A stretch of DNA of 63,995 nucleotides, the filler included, from Stramenopiles sp. TOSAG23-3 (taxonomy: Eukaryota): NCBI GenBank assembly GCA_900128585.1. It is 5 parts of 5 records of this genome, joined end to end, with 100 filler letters (N's around TTAATTAATTAA, not from the genome) between each part and the next. Parts side by side here need not be neighbours in the genome. Positions count along the whole stretch, not along the records: positions 13,025 to 25,935 come from LT642657.1; positions 26,036 to 38,939 come from LT642658.1; 3 more parts are not named here. One strand, given 5' to 3'. Of the stretch, positions 22,483 through 33,000 are shown one piece after another; within the stretch, counting starts at the first letter, position 1, and the number at the start of each line of letters is the position of its first letter. Below the pieces are notes generated by a model, which worked only from the letters and a program-made list of their open reading frames with translations, was not told the DNA's origin and did not search any database. Made by a program: the position numbers and the translations under genes.

Positions 22483-23400
22483 GTTGGGGCGGCGGTGTCA
22501 CGTTCTACAATTCAAACGACGACACTCGTGTTGCTTAGCGTTTAAACAATTCGTGCACAACACGCCTTTCTATACATGTATATCTATTATAAAACCTTCT
22601 GCTTTTTTACCACACATGTGTTTTACCCATTTAATTGTTTACATTCAGATTAGATTTGTTTTCAAACAGACAAACAACAACTGGATGATGATTATATAAT
22701 TATATTCAAATGCAGCACGTAGATGACACTATATTATTATTAAAATATACATTTGTTTTTTTTTAATACACACTTTTTTTTTTTTTCTTCTTCTTCGTCG
22801 ATCTCTCCCTACTCTTCTTCTTGGTAAAGTATTATTAATATTCGATTCTTCTTCTTCTAGACGACTATTATTTTATCTTCTTCTTTTTTTTCTTGTTGTG
22901 TGAATTTAAAATAATAATAAGTACCGTACTAATAGTAGCAAAGACAATGAAAAAGAAGAACATTTTGGAAGAAGAACACCAAACGACGAGGAGAGGGGAG
23001 AGGATACTGTGTACAATATTATCTTATTAATATAGCAGTTCAAACCTGGTGCTGTTGTTGTTATTTTTAAGTAATGCAATTAAAATTTAGCTTTTTCGTG
23101 TACCGCGAAAATGAATCTGTTTATAAAAAAAAAACAGGAAAATTGGTTTAATATGAAAACAAATTATATAAATTGGTTTAATAAGTCAAAAAAGAAAGAA
23201 AAAAGCAGGTGAAACCGTTCAAGAACCCAAACTCCTCCTTGTTTCAGAATACGAAAAAATATATTCTGATATGTCAAACTATCAGAAGATTGTTTGAGAC
23301 ATTTGTGATATGGAATAGTATGACATTTATGATATCATATAGATATCATATTTATAAAACAAGAAAATTGGCTGTTATTTCATATTTATATTTCTTGTGT

Positions 23401-25352
23401 TTATTTAATTTTAACCCCAAGCCCGACGTACTTTGTTTTGCACAAATTCACAATGTCCGGTCGATACTTTTGATCGTAGGTCAGGCAAAGCTGTATGAAC
23501 TCTTTCGCTTCGTTGGAAACTTTGTTTTTGAACTTCTCAGGAAACGTGACTTCCCTGGCATTCAATATTGTCCTATCGTTCAGGATGGATTCCTGGGTCT
23601 GCCCTTCCCCAAATGGGCGCTTTCCGTAGATCATCTGGTAGTACATCACGCCCACGGACCACACGTCGACTTTCGAGGAGATCTTGGGAACCCCGTGGCC
23701 GGTTTGAAAACACTCGGGGGGCAAATACCAGTACGTCCCGGCGCCCTGGGACGTTAGCTCCATGCTCGTAGCGTCGTCTTGCTCATCCATCAGCTTCGAC
23801 AGGCCAAAGTCGGTGATTTTAGCATACCCGTCCTTGAACAAGATGTTCCCGGGCTTCAGGTCGTAGTGGATGACCTTGTTCCCCGCAATGCCCACGTTCA
23901 GGTACCGCAGGCCGCTCAATATTTGCAGCAGGATGGCCCGGGCCTCCTTCTCCAGCAAGCATCTCTCTGTTTTCAAACGGTAGTCGAGGTCTGGACTGTC
24001 GCACCATTCCAGGACCGTCGCAAAGGACTCCTCCTCGATTCCGAACACGTCGAACTGCTTCACGATGTAGGGACAGTCCAGCTTTCGGTGAATCTGGAAC
24101 TCCCGAGTGGCGTGCTTCACGTAATTCACGCGCTTCGCCTCGCTCCACCCCGGGTTGAGCTGGTGGATTTTGACGGCAGCATAGCGGTAGTTCTTCAGAT
24201 CGAAGCACTTCCACACTTCGCTAAACCCGCCCTTCCCGAGCAGCTCGATCAGCAGCCAGCGCTTCTGGAGCACGGGCCGGTGCCGGAAGCGGGAGTTGTC
24301 CTCGTCCTTGATTCGCTTCAGCTCGCGCATGTGCTTCGCCGTAGAGGCCTCTACGCGCGCCAATTCGTCCGTCAGCTGGGCTTCCTCTGCTTTTAGTGAC
24401 TGGACTTCCACGACCACCATTTCCTCCGCCAGCGCTATCTCCAAGGGGGTCATGTTTGCGGATGGGGGCGCCATGGACTTCCCGCTCTTCCACCCCGAGT
24501 TGTCCTGATTTTTCTGCCCGACCACCTTCCTCGCCGCTTTGCACTTCGTGAGCACACTCTTCTTTCGTTTCTCCGCAGTCTCGCGCCGTTTCCCAACGCT
24601 CGCGATCTTGTTCTTAACCTCCTGCAGCAGCGCGCCGTCTTCCCAGTACTCGGAGAACTTTGTCCCGAGGCGCTGCATGGCAACCCGGCCGTACTTGTAC
24701 TTGTCGGCGGCCAGTGTTCTCCTGCACTCGTCCTTTTCGAGGAGGGCCGCCTTCCGGATCACCTCAACGAGCGCTGCCGCGGCCCGGTCCTCTTGTTGCT
24801 TTTGGGAATGCTCCGTGCTTTTGACCTTCGTTTTCAACCGGTCAATGTCTTCGTACGCCCGGTCCAAGTCCGACTTCTGCGCCCCCTGCCTGTTCGTCAT
24901 CTCTTCCTCTTTGGCTCTCAGCCGCCGCTTCAGCTCTTGTATTGTCTGCTCCGAGGCCCTCTGGCTCTTCTCCAACTGCCCCTTCTCCTTCTCGGCTTGG
25001 GACAGCTGCTCTGCCAAGGCCTGTTCTCGCGATGGCGTCGTCGGTGGCCGTGCGTAGAATGCGTCGTCGTTCGGCGCGCTCGGGGACTCTAACAGCGACG
25101 TCTGCCGCTTCTTCGAACCCGTAGACTTTTTCCGGGCGTCCCCCCCCCCCCCCCCCCCCCCCCCTCAGGTCGATCGGGGGAGTCTCCGAGTACCCCGTTT
25201 TGGCGCGGCTGGCCGTAGACGGAGTGCTCGCATGCGAGCGAAATCCCTCCCTGGAATCACTGCCGTTGCAAAATTGTGCCCCCCCCCGTCATTCTTTGCT
25301 CCAGAAGGGACCGCTTGTCTTTCTCGACCTTAGCCCAAGAGCGAGTCGACAT
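23401..25352 (-). CDS. TLK: Tousled-like kinase; 5' part interrupted by two apparent frameshifts in G homopolymers
   Basis: LLGKGGFSEV, YVKHATRE, IHYDLKPGN, ELTSQGAGTYWYLPPECF; upstream DKRSLLEQRM resembles the TLK N-terminal ELLEARF motif. Confidence 0.9.
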
Positions 25353-25856
25353 GGTGTGCTGCAATGAGTGCTGCGCCGTTCGTTTCCCTGATGCGTTTAT
25401 CGTTTTTCCGTGCACGCACTGGTCGATAAATATAGCCCCAAGTCGAAAGGTTGCCTGGTATAGATTTCCCGCCAAAACCTAGAACCTAGAAAGAGTTGGT
25501 TATTTTTCTTACGGGACGATTTGTATCTCTTCAAGAACGCAAAAGCTTTCACAGAATTATTGTATTAATTCATTTATACAAACGCCATTTATATCTTTTT
25601 CTAAAATATTAATTAAAATAAATAAAAAATATTCACTCCTCCTCTCTATACTACAAATAATACTTGCTGCGCTGAGGAGGAAGGAGGAGGAGAAGCGAAA
25701 AAGAAATAAAAATAATAGAATATTTTTAATTCAAAAAAATAATTTATTATTACTAGTCTACAGTATTTACAATAATTATTTTATATTTTTTTTTATTCCT
25801 CCTTTTCTTCGCTGTGGTGGTGTAGTATTTTTTCTTCTTCTTTCTTTCTGTTTCTA

Positions 25857-25935
25857 TTACTGTACTGTGGTCAAATTAATTAGACTAGTATAAAATATAC
25901 TTATCATCCTTCTCTAGTCATCTATCGTTCATCAT
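25857..25935 (-). repeat. Right copy of 79-bp terminal inverted repeat of contig 2
   Basis: Exact reverse complement of 13025-13103. Confidence 0.95.
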
Positions 25936-26035
25936 NNNNNNNNNNNNNNNNNNNNNNNNNNNNNNNNNNNNNNNNNNNNTTAATTAATTAANNNNNNNNN
26001 NNNNNNNNNNNNNNNNNNNNNNNNNNNNNNNNNNN
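25936..26035. other. Artificial contig spacer
   Basis: N44-TTAATTAATTAA-N44. Confidence 0.98.
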
Positions 26036-26258
26036 CTATCTCGATTTTTTAATTTGATTTTTTAATTTCTTAATTTCGTTTCGTCGTTGATGGTTGTCAA
26101 TCATCATCACAGATGAATTGTTTTTGTTCCTATTCGAAAGAGTAATAAGCAAAACATCTGGTACGGGGTCGGTCCGGGTATGAAGGCGTAAAGCACTTCC
26201 CGGATCGAGGCCCTGACCTCACTCACGCTTAGCTCTGAACGTTGCCTTCCAAAATCGC

Positions 26259-27980
26259 TTAGGGCGAAACATATGTGAATTCATACGGGTAAGGGCAGTG
26301 GTCAGCAAAGTTCACTGGAGAGACTGGGATCCCTCGAGCTACCATGCGACATCGCTGGTTTTGGATTCTGCTCAACGCCGACGTCAAATTTCTTACCGAC
26401 TTGTCGCTCCACAACCGTTCCCCAACAGCAACGCTCCGGGGAAACACATTCGACAACAAATTGGTCCCATCAAAGTATGGGTTCCAACTGCAGACTTCTG
26501 CCCCCAGAAGCTTCTCCTGCTCTTTCTCGTCCAGGCTGGAGTTGGTAAAAGGCTCCACCCGGTAATAGTACTCCCACTCGCTGATATCATCGATCCGCCT
26601 GGTGAAGCCGCCGTTTATGGCGTTTGTCGAATAATCCAAGTACCAGTCCGTGGTCGTGTAAATGGTCTTGTAGCCCTCCTTTATGAGCGTGTCCAAGATG
26701 GTCGTGTTCCCCCATTTGTGCTTCCATACCTCTACGATCGCGCCCTCGGGGTACCCAGTTGTTGAGCCAAAATTTTCTTCCCAGATAACTGGGGTCTTGC
26801 CCAGGTTCGTAAGCATCGAGACAACTTTCTCTTCAAAATACATTTGTAAGGCTGGCGACGAGGTAAGGTTGTGATCTTTGCAAAACTGCTGCACAGAGCT
26901 GGTGCTCTGCCAGCACGTCCCGTCAACTTCGTCCCCACCAATGTGGAAAAACTCGTCCTGGAACCGACCGGACATTTCTTTCAAAAACTTTTGAAGAAAA
27001 CTGTAGGTGTAATTCTTTGAAGGGTCCATCGGCTTGGAAAACTCCTTCACGGACCCTGCCGGGCAGTCTGTGCGAAGGCCTGGGTAACCAACGAACCAGC
27101 TGGTGCTGTGCCCGGGCATGTCAAACTCTGGGATAACTCGTACCCCACGGACACGAGCGAAATCGATGATATCCGCCACGGTTCCAGGCGAGTAAATGTG
27201 CCGCCCGTCCATCCCGAACGACCCCTGGTTGGCAAGCTCTGGGTAAGTGCTGGAAACTATCGGGAACGACTGGTCGTCTGTAATGTGCCAATGCAAGACA
27301 TTGAATTTGTTGTAGGCCATCCCGTCGATCAAGGCCTTGAAATGCGTGGAAGACACAAAGTGGCGCCCTGTGTCAAGCATGACCCCGCGGTAATTCCACC
27401 GCGGCGCATCATCGATGACGAATTTAGAGTAAGGCACCATGCCGCTCTCCAAATCAAACAGTTGCGAGAACGTTTCGAGCCCTCTCAGGACCCCCCAAAC
27501 AGACCCCGTCCCGCCAAGCACGGAGCCTTCGGAGCCGTCGATGGAGAGGGTGTAGGTCTCGTCGGCGCTCTGCGAGGGCCAAGCTAGACCGGTAGTTTTC
27601 CTTTGGGCGGGCATTCCTCCGGTCGAACCGATGCTTATGTCAAGTGAAAAAATCTCCATGTTCGGATCAGGGTCGCCCACCCTCGGTTTGGGTTGGCTCC
27701 CCTCGGCCTGGGTAGCTTTCAGCGGCTTCAAAATTTTCAAGTACCGGGCAAAGGCTTGGTTCAAAATGTTTAGTTCCGAAGGACTAAGTCGCAATTTCGT
27801 CGCCGCTGCGATGTTGAACTGAAAATCGCTGGACAACGTTGCGGTCGGTGAATCATAGTTTATTGCGCATTTTTTAGGAAGCGGCCATATCCCGAGACTG
27901 TCCGGGCACGATTGCGTGGCCTGGGCAGCCGAGAAGAAGACCGCCAACAAGAGGACTTTAACAAATGCCAAGGACGACAT
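26259..27980 (-). CDS. Beta-N-acetylhexosaminidase (GH20), secreted or lysosomal
   Basis: Signal peptide; RGVMLDTGRHF, NVLHWHITDDQSFP, PEFDMPGH, catalytic FHIGGDEV, WYLD. Confidence 0.95.
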   Translation of the reverse strand: MSSLAFVKVLLLAVFFSAAQATQSCPDSLGIWPLPKKCAINYDSPTATLSSDFQFNIAAATKLRLSPSELNILNQAFARYLKILKPLKATQAEGSQPKPRVGDPDPNMEIFSLDISIGSTGGMPAQRKTTGLAWPSQSADETYTLSIDGSEGSVLGGTGSVWGVLRGLETFSQLFDLESGMVPYSKFVIDDAPRWNYRGVMLDTGRHFVSSTHFKALIDGMAYNKFNVLHWHITDDQSFPIVSSTYPELANQGSFGMDGRHIYSPGTVADIIDFARVRGVRVIPEFDMPGHSTSWFVGYPGLRTDCPAGSVKEFSKPMDPSKNYTYSFLQKFLKEMSGRFQDEFFHIGGDEVDGTCWQSTSSVQQFCKDHNLTSSPALQMYFEEKVVSMLTNLGKTPVIWEENFGSTTGYPEGAIVEVWKHKWGNTTILDTLIKEGYKTIYTTTDWYLDYSTNAINGGFTRRIDDISEWEYYYRVEPFTNSSLDEKEQEKLLGAEVCSWNPYFDGTNLLSNVFPRSVAVGERLWSDKSVRNLTSALSRIQNQRCRMVARGIPVSPVNFADHCPYPYEFTYVSP

Positions 27981-29025
27981 GGCTGGTGTTTTTAATCACA
28001 GCAAGAAGGGAATCTTAAACTGCTAAAATATTTTTATAAAACCCGCGAGAAGGTCAGATCATTTGCACCTCCTATAATTATGAACAACTATTAACAGTAA
28101 ACAAACGAATAAAAAGAAGGTTCGGTATCTATTTTTCTTGGATTGCATTCCTTCATTACCTTGTTGTTGTATCGTTTACTACTTTCTTGTGAATACTACC
28201 GGTACCGGTACCAGGTACCTGCTGTATTATACCGTATAATTACCTGGGTATTAATATTAATACCGCCTCTGCCCTCTGCCCTCTGCTGTCTGCTGTCTGA
28301 TCTACGGAGAAAAAAAAAGAGATTGAATTCAGAAGAAGTAGTGTTATTTTAGGTTTTTATATATTTTTAAAAAAATGTCACAAATAATCATCAAATTGTG
28401 TCGATGATATGGCGAAAGCTGCCTTCCTGCTATTGCACGGTCCTTACGCTCCCCCTCTTTTTCATTTTTTGTTTTAATTAAGGATTAATACTACAATATA
28501 ATAACATTAGTTATTAAGATAATAAAATTAGTATAAACAATACAGTATTATATTTATATATATATATAATACCTTAATTATAAAATAGACAAAATTTTAT
28601 CACAGTTGAACTTCGTAAAAGAAAGCAGCAATAATAAATCAATGCTCTGCTATTATACCTCGTATTACATTCTGTGGAGAGAAGAAGAAAGAAAGAAGGG
28701 TTTCAACTACTACACCGCGGTAGTATCCTCGTAATTTTGTGTTTTCTTCTTTTTTTTGTTGCTTGGTAAAATAAAAAATAATAATACACCACCACTATAC
28801 TATTGCATGCTGCGAAAAAAGGACATTTGGTTGTAGTTTTTGTTGGCGTTTTAGTTGTTTACTTCGTTCCTTTCAGTTGGCTTTGTTGTACATGCTTTTT
28901 AGTTGAGTGCAATCCGATGGGGAAACAAATAAACTATTTTAGTTACGTTTAAGCAAAACTAAAACCTAAAGAACCGTATAGTTTTCCTTTGTATCCAATA
29001 ATTCCAAACTAAACCAACGAATAAT

Positions 29026-29394
29026 ATGTCCGAAGCAGCAACAGAAGAGGTGTGCCGTGCGTTCCGCAACAAGGGCCGTTGCCGGTACGGCGACGAGTGC
29101 AAGTATGAACACTCCGAAGGTGATTCGATCGCCAACCCTCCTCGTGGACAATGCTTTAATTTTCAAGAAGACGGTGAGTGCAAATTTGGAGACCGTTGCC
29201 GTTTCAAGCACGGGGAAGAGGACCCTCGCTTCGATGAGAATGGGGACCGCGTCCGAACTGGTGAAAAGAAGAAGAGGCGCCGCAAGCCCCGCCCCAAGAC
29301 GGACGAAGTCTGCAACAACTTTATGGAGGGAAAGTGCCGATTCGGAGAAAATTGCCGTCACCAACACCCAGACCAAGAAGCCCAGGTTGAATAA
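29026..29394 (+). CDS. Triple CCCH zinc-finger protein
   Basis: Three C-x7/8-C-x5-C-x3-H motifs (CRAFRNKGRCRYGDECKYEH etc.) and a basic NLS-like run. Confidence 0.9.
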   Translation: MSEAATEEVCRAFRNKGRCRYGDECKYEHSEGDSIANPPRGQCFNFQEDGECKFGDRCRFKHGEEDPRFDENGDRVRTGEKKKRRRKPRPKTDEVCNNFMEGKCRFGENCRHQHPDQEAQVE

Positions 29395-30028
29395 ATGGCG
29401 CGCTGGTTAACAAAGCCCTGGCGCACGTGCGTCCATGTGCCGCCATACCGTGACCAACACGGTACAACAGGCGAGCACGGCTTCCAAATAAATTAATTAA
29501 AAAACACAAGAAATGTACATACAACGCCGGCGCGCTGACCGCAAAAGTTTTTTTTTTCAATTTTATTTAACAGACAATTTAATTGTTTTAAAAGGAAATG
29601 GCTTAACTCAGTCACTTCTGCTCTATCTCTTATTAAAAATCTAAATTTCTTTACTTCTTTTTAATAAGGGGGTTGGTTTAGAAGTAGTATTCGATTTAAA
29701 ATGAGAGTCTTAAAACGTACTATATATTTTGTTTTTTTCTTTTTAATAAGATTTTACGAGAAATAAAAATGAACATTGCAAGAAGGAAGGATTAATTGGA
29801 AATTTCGAGAGGTAAAGTATCATAGACTATCATATATATAAGGAAAAAAAACATATAGGTATTGATACGTATGATAAATTATAATATATAGTATGTTTGA
29901 TACGTATGATACGTGTTATCATAAATTTTAGTTATATATACTCATTTATTAACTTTAGATAACATCTAAGTACAAGTAACAGCCATTATTTTGTTCCATA
30001 CTTTCACCCCTTCTCGGTGTCAAGGTAG

Positions 30029-33000
30029 TCAGGAATCGAAAACATCATATGCTCCCCCGTTTGCAAAATCTTCCATCGTGGTGCAGTTTTGAATGGCGTA
30101 CAGCAATCTTTCCAAACACACGTCGAAGGAGGAGTAAGGGGGTATTGACAGTTCGAAAAAGCACGTTTTCGCGTGCGGTAAAAACTTGTCCGGGTTGCTC
30201 TGCATCGCCAATGTTGGTTTCACGATGTGAAATGGCATCATAAACCCAGCCGCGATGGATGGCAAGCGGCGCTTGGCGTAAACAAAATTTATGAACTGAC
30301 CCTGCTGGTCGTTGCTCATGGATTCCAGCGCATTCCAAAAAAAGGCAATGTGCGGTGTTTCCGCAGTGAGTCCTTCGTCGTACACGGTCAAGTCCTTCAA
30401 CAGGTCCAAATCGATGTCTTTGGAACCGCACAGAATTGTTTCAAACTCCTTAGGGGTAAACATACGGAGCAACGGGGTGGGGATGACGTGGCCCATGCCA
30501 GACTCAAACGCGTTCAAGAATGTTTGCTTGTTATTCAACATAAAGCATTGTACAACTTCCTGTGCGCCCTTCTCCTCGATCGTGGGGGTTGCATTGCTGG
30601 CAGAAGCAGTTGTTTGGCTGGCCTGCGCTTCTCTTCGCATACGCTTCTCCGTAGCCCGGTAATTGTCTTCCCCAATGGTTTCGATGCCCAGTATTTCGGC
30701 ATCTTCGCGCTCCATGGCCTTCAACATCTGGACAAGTTGTTTCCCATGATAGTCATTCACGCCCGCGGATAAATCGTCCGTCTGGGAAGTCCACCACGAC
30801 CACGAGAATGGTGAAAAGTGCAGTGGCAACTGGATCCCATGCCGCATCGCCAGTCCTGTCAATTTTCCAAAAAATGTCACGGTATCAGCGTCTGAGCGAA
30901 AATTAAAGTGCCCGTCGTCGTCCAAAATATCGAGCACCTGCTGAGGTTCATCGCAAGCTGCGGCGGCAAATATAGCACGGTACGGACCGCCGTTGTCGTC
31001 GACATTTTCCCCTAGGCATTTCACAAAGAAGCAACGACTCTGTCCTTTGTCGTTAATGTGCTGGTATGAGCGACGCCATTGGGTGCTCGACCATTTGCCG
31101 CTGGCAGCTTCTAGCTGACCAAAGACAGACGCACTTCGCCTAGCCGCCTGGTCGGCAATGGCTTTCAGCCGGGGCGTCGCGGCTCCGACCCGATTAATTT
31201 TAATTTCCGGTATCTCCCCTGGTTTTTCCCATTCGTCCTCGGGGGGGCGTGTAAATATAGTCGTGGCTACCAGCATTTCTTTCCAGAAAACCATTTTTTC
31301 TTTCCTGAAAAACCAGCCTCTTGCCTTGGCTACCATTTCGCCCAAATTGGACTCAAAGTTGAGCGAGCGGTTATCCCTGTGCGCCGAAAAGTCGATGAAC
31401 GGCAGTATGCCACCAACGCAAGCGTTAAAATGAAAGAATAATGCGAGCAGAACTTCCCGTGCCCTTGTATTATCCTCCAAAAATGAGGCGTTGCTAAGTT
31501 GATACGGTGATATATTTTTTCTGTCACAAATGTCATTCACCTTGGCTACCATATCAATAGCATCTTCAATGGAAAACTTTCTTGCCAAATCGGCAAATTC
31601 TGATACATCCATCACACTCTTGGCATCGGCATCGGTTTCTTTTACACGTTTGTCGTCCCCGGTATCGAAAACGACTTTTGTGGCACCATCATCGAAGGCG
31701 CGTTTTACAGCCTTTAAGACGTCGTTGACGTCCTTGGCCTTCGTTTTCTTCAGAGTGCCGCTTTTGAAACGTTTCCAAGTGTCGCACGCACCCTCCATTA
31801 ACGGTGTCGCCCCTGCCTTCGCCCAGTCGCTGTTCCACGCACGGATAGTGATAGCAGCCCTGCAAAACTGAAACACGCGGTCTCGCGCACACGGAGTGCC
31901 TATGGACAAAAACTTGCAATTTTTCAGGGTCGCCTTGCTTCCTTCTTTACCAAACCCGATGCATGGATACAATTTTACGTTTTCTTTCGTTCCATTGTTT
32001 GTGCGAATATTGTGGTACGCCACGCCCATGTTCAAAAACACTTTCTTTCCTGTAAAAGGGTCCTCCCCTTCTTTTATAAATGATATCTGTCCCCGGTCCA
32101 TGTCCAACAAGACACCCACAGTATCACCGGATTGAAACATTGTCCCGTAAAACAGTTCTCGGCCACGGCCATGTGTTGCGCGGTACGTTACTAGACCGTA
32201 ACCCCCATTTGTTGGCCACCCGTGCAGTGAACAGTCTTTTTCTGCGACACCAATATAAGTCTTTCCCCATTCCATTACATCCAGTTTCACACTCCAATAA
32301 TGCACGCCAGAGCTAAAACCGCGATTGGCATAAACAATCGAATGTTCGTTCGAGATGGCTTCCGCGGAGTGAAGATCCTCACTCAATTTGATGTGAGAAG
32401 AGTCACTTTTTATGGGAGAAAAGATAAATGGGACGGTGGACTCGGGGTAAGCTTCAATGTGCGCCGGGGGCGATAACGAATCCAACTTCTCGTACAACTT
32501 TTGTTCTTCTTCCGGCAGCTTTGCGAATTCAGCCTCGCATAGATCGTAATCTTCTCCGATTTTATGGTACCGGACGCCAAGTATAGGGGACATTTGGCTT
32601 CGGTCACACCTAATAAGCACGTGTACGAGTGACGTAAATGTACATTTTATGCATTGCTCATTGCTGCCATCGAGGCACATTGTAGCCCCTTCCAAAGGTC
32701 CGTTGGACATTTTCACCGTTGCATTTCGCGGTGTTCCGGCCTCAAGCTCTCCTTCTCCTTCGGATTGTCGGCTCTGTTCGGTTTTATTATGATGCCAGCA
32801 CAATTCAATTTGAACACGAACACGTTTTTCTTCCCACAAGAGATTTATGGTAATCGCTTGGCGCCAACTTGCCTTCAAAACCCCATGGTACGTTTCCCAG
32901 CTCTCGTGCGTTGCTATACGGTCTAATGGCCCCTTTAGTCCACGAGACAATGGATCCTTAACGAAACCTAGACGGTACAAATTGGCAACAAATTCCAACA

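Noticed and set aside
25257-25259. TGA readthrough or recoding in TLK
   Set aside because: Frameshifts at homopolymers explain the stops more simply; other genes use TGA, TAA and TAG as ordinary stops.
13025-25935. Contig 2 as a Polinton or DNA transposon because of its TIRs
   Set aside because: No transposase, integrase, pPolB or capsid gene; the cargo is housekeeping genes with host-like spacers.
26178-26206. SECIS-like ATGA...AAA...GA
   Set aside because: Helix too short, on the opposite strand to the adjacent gene, and no in-frame UGA selenoprotein in view.
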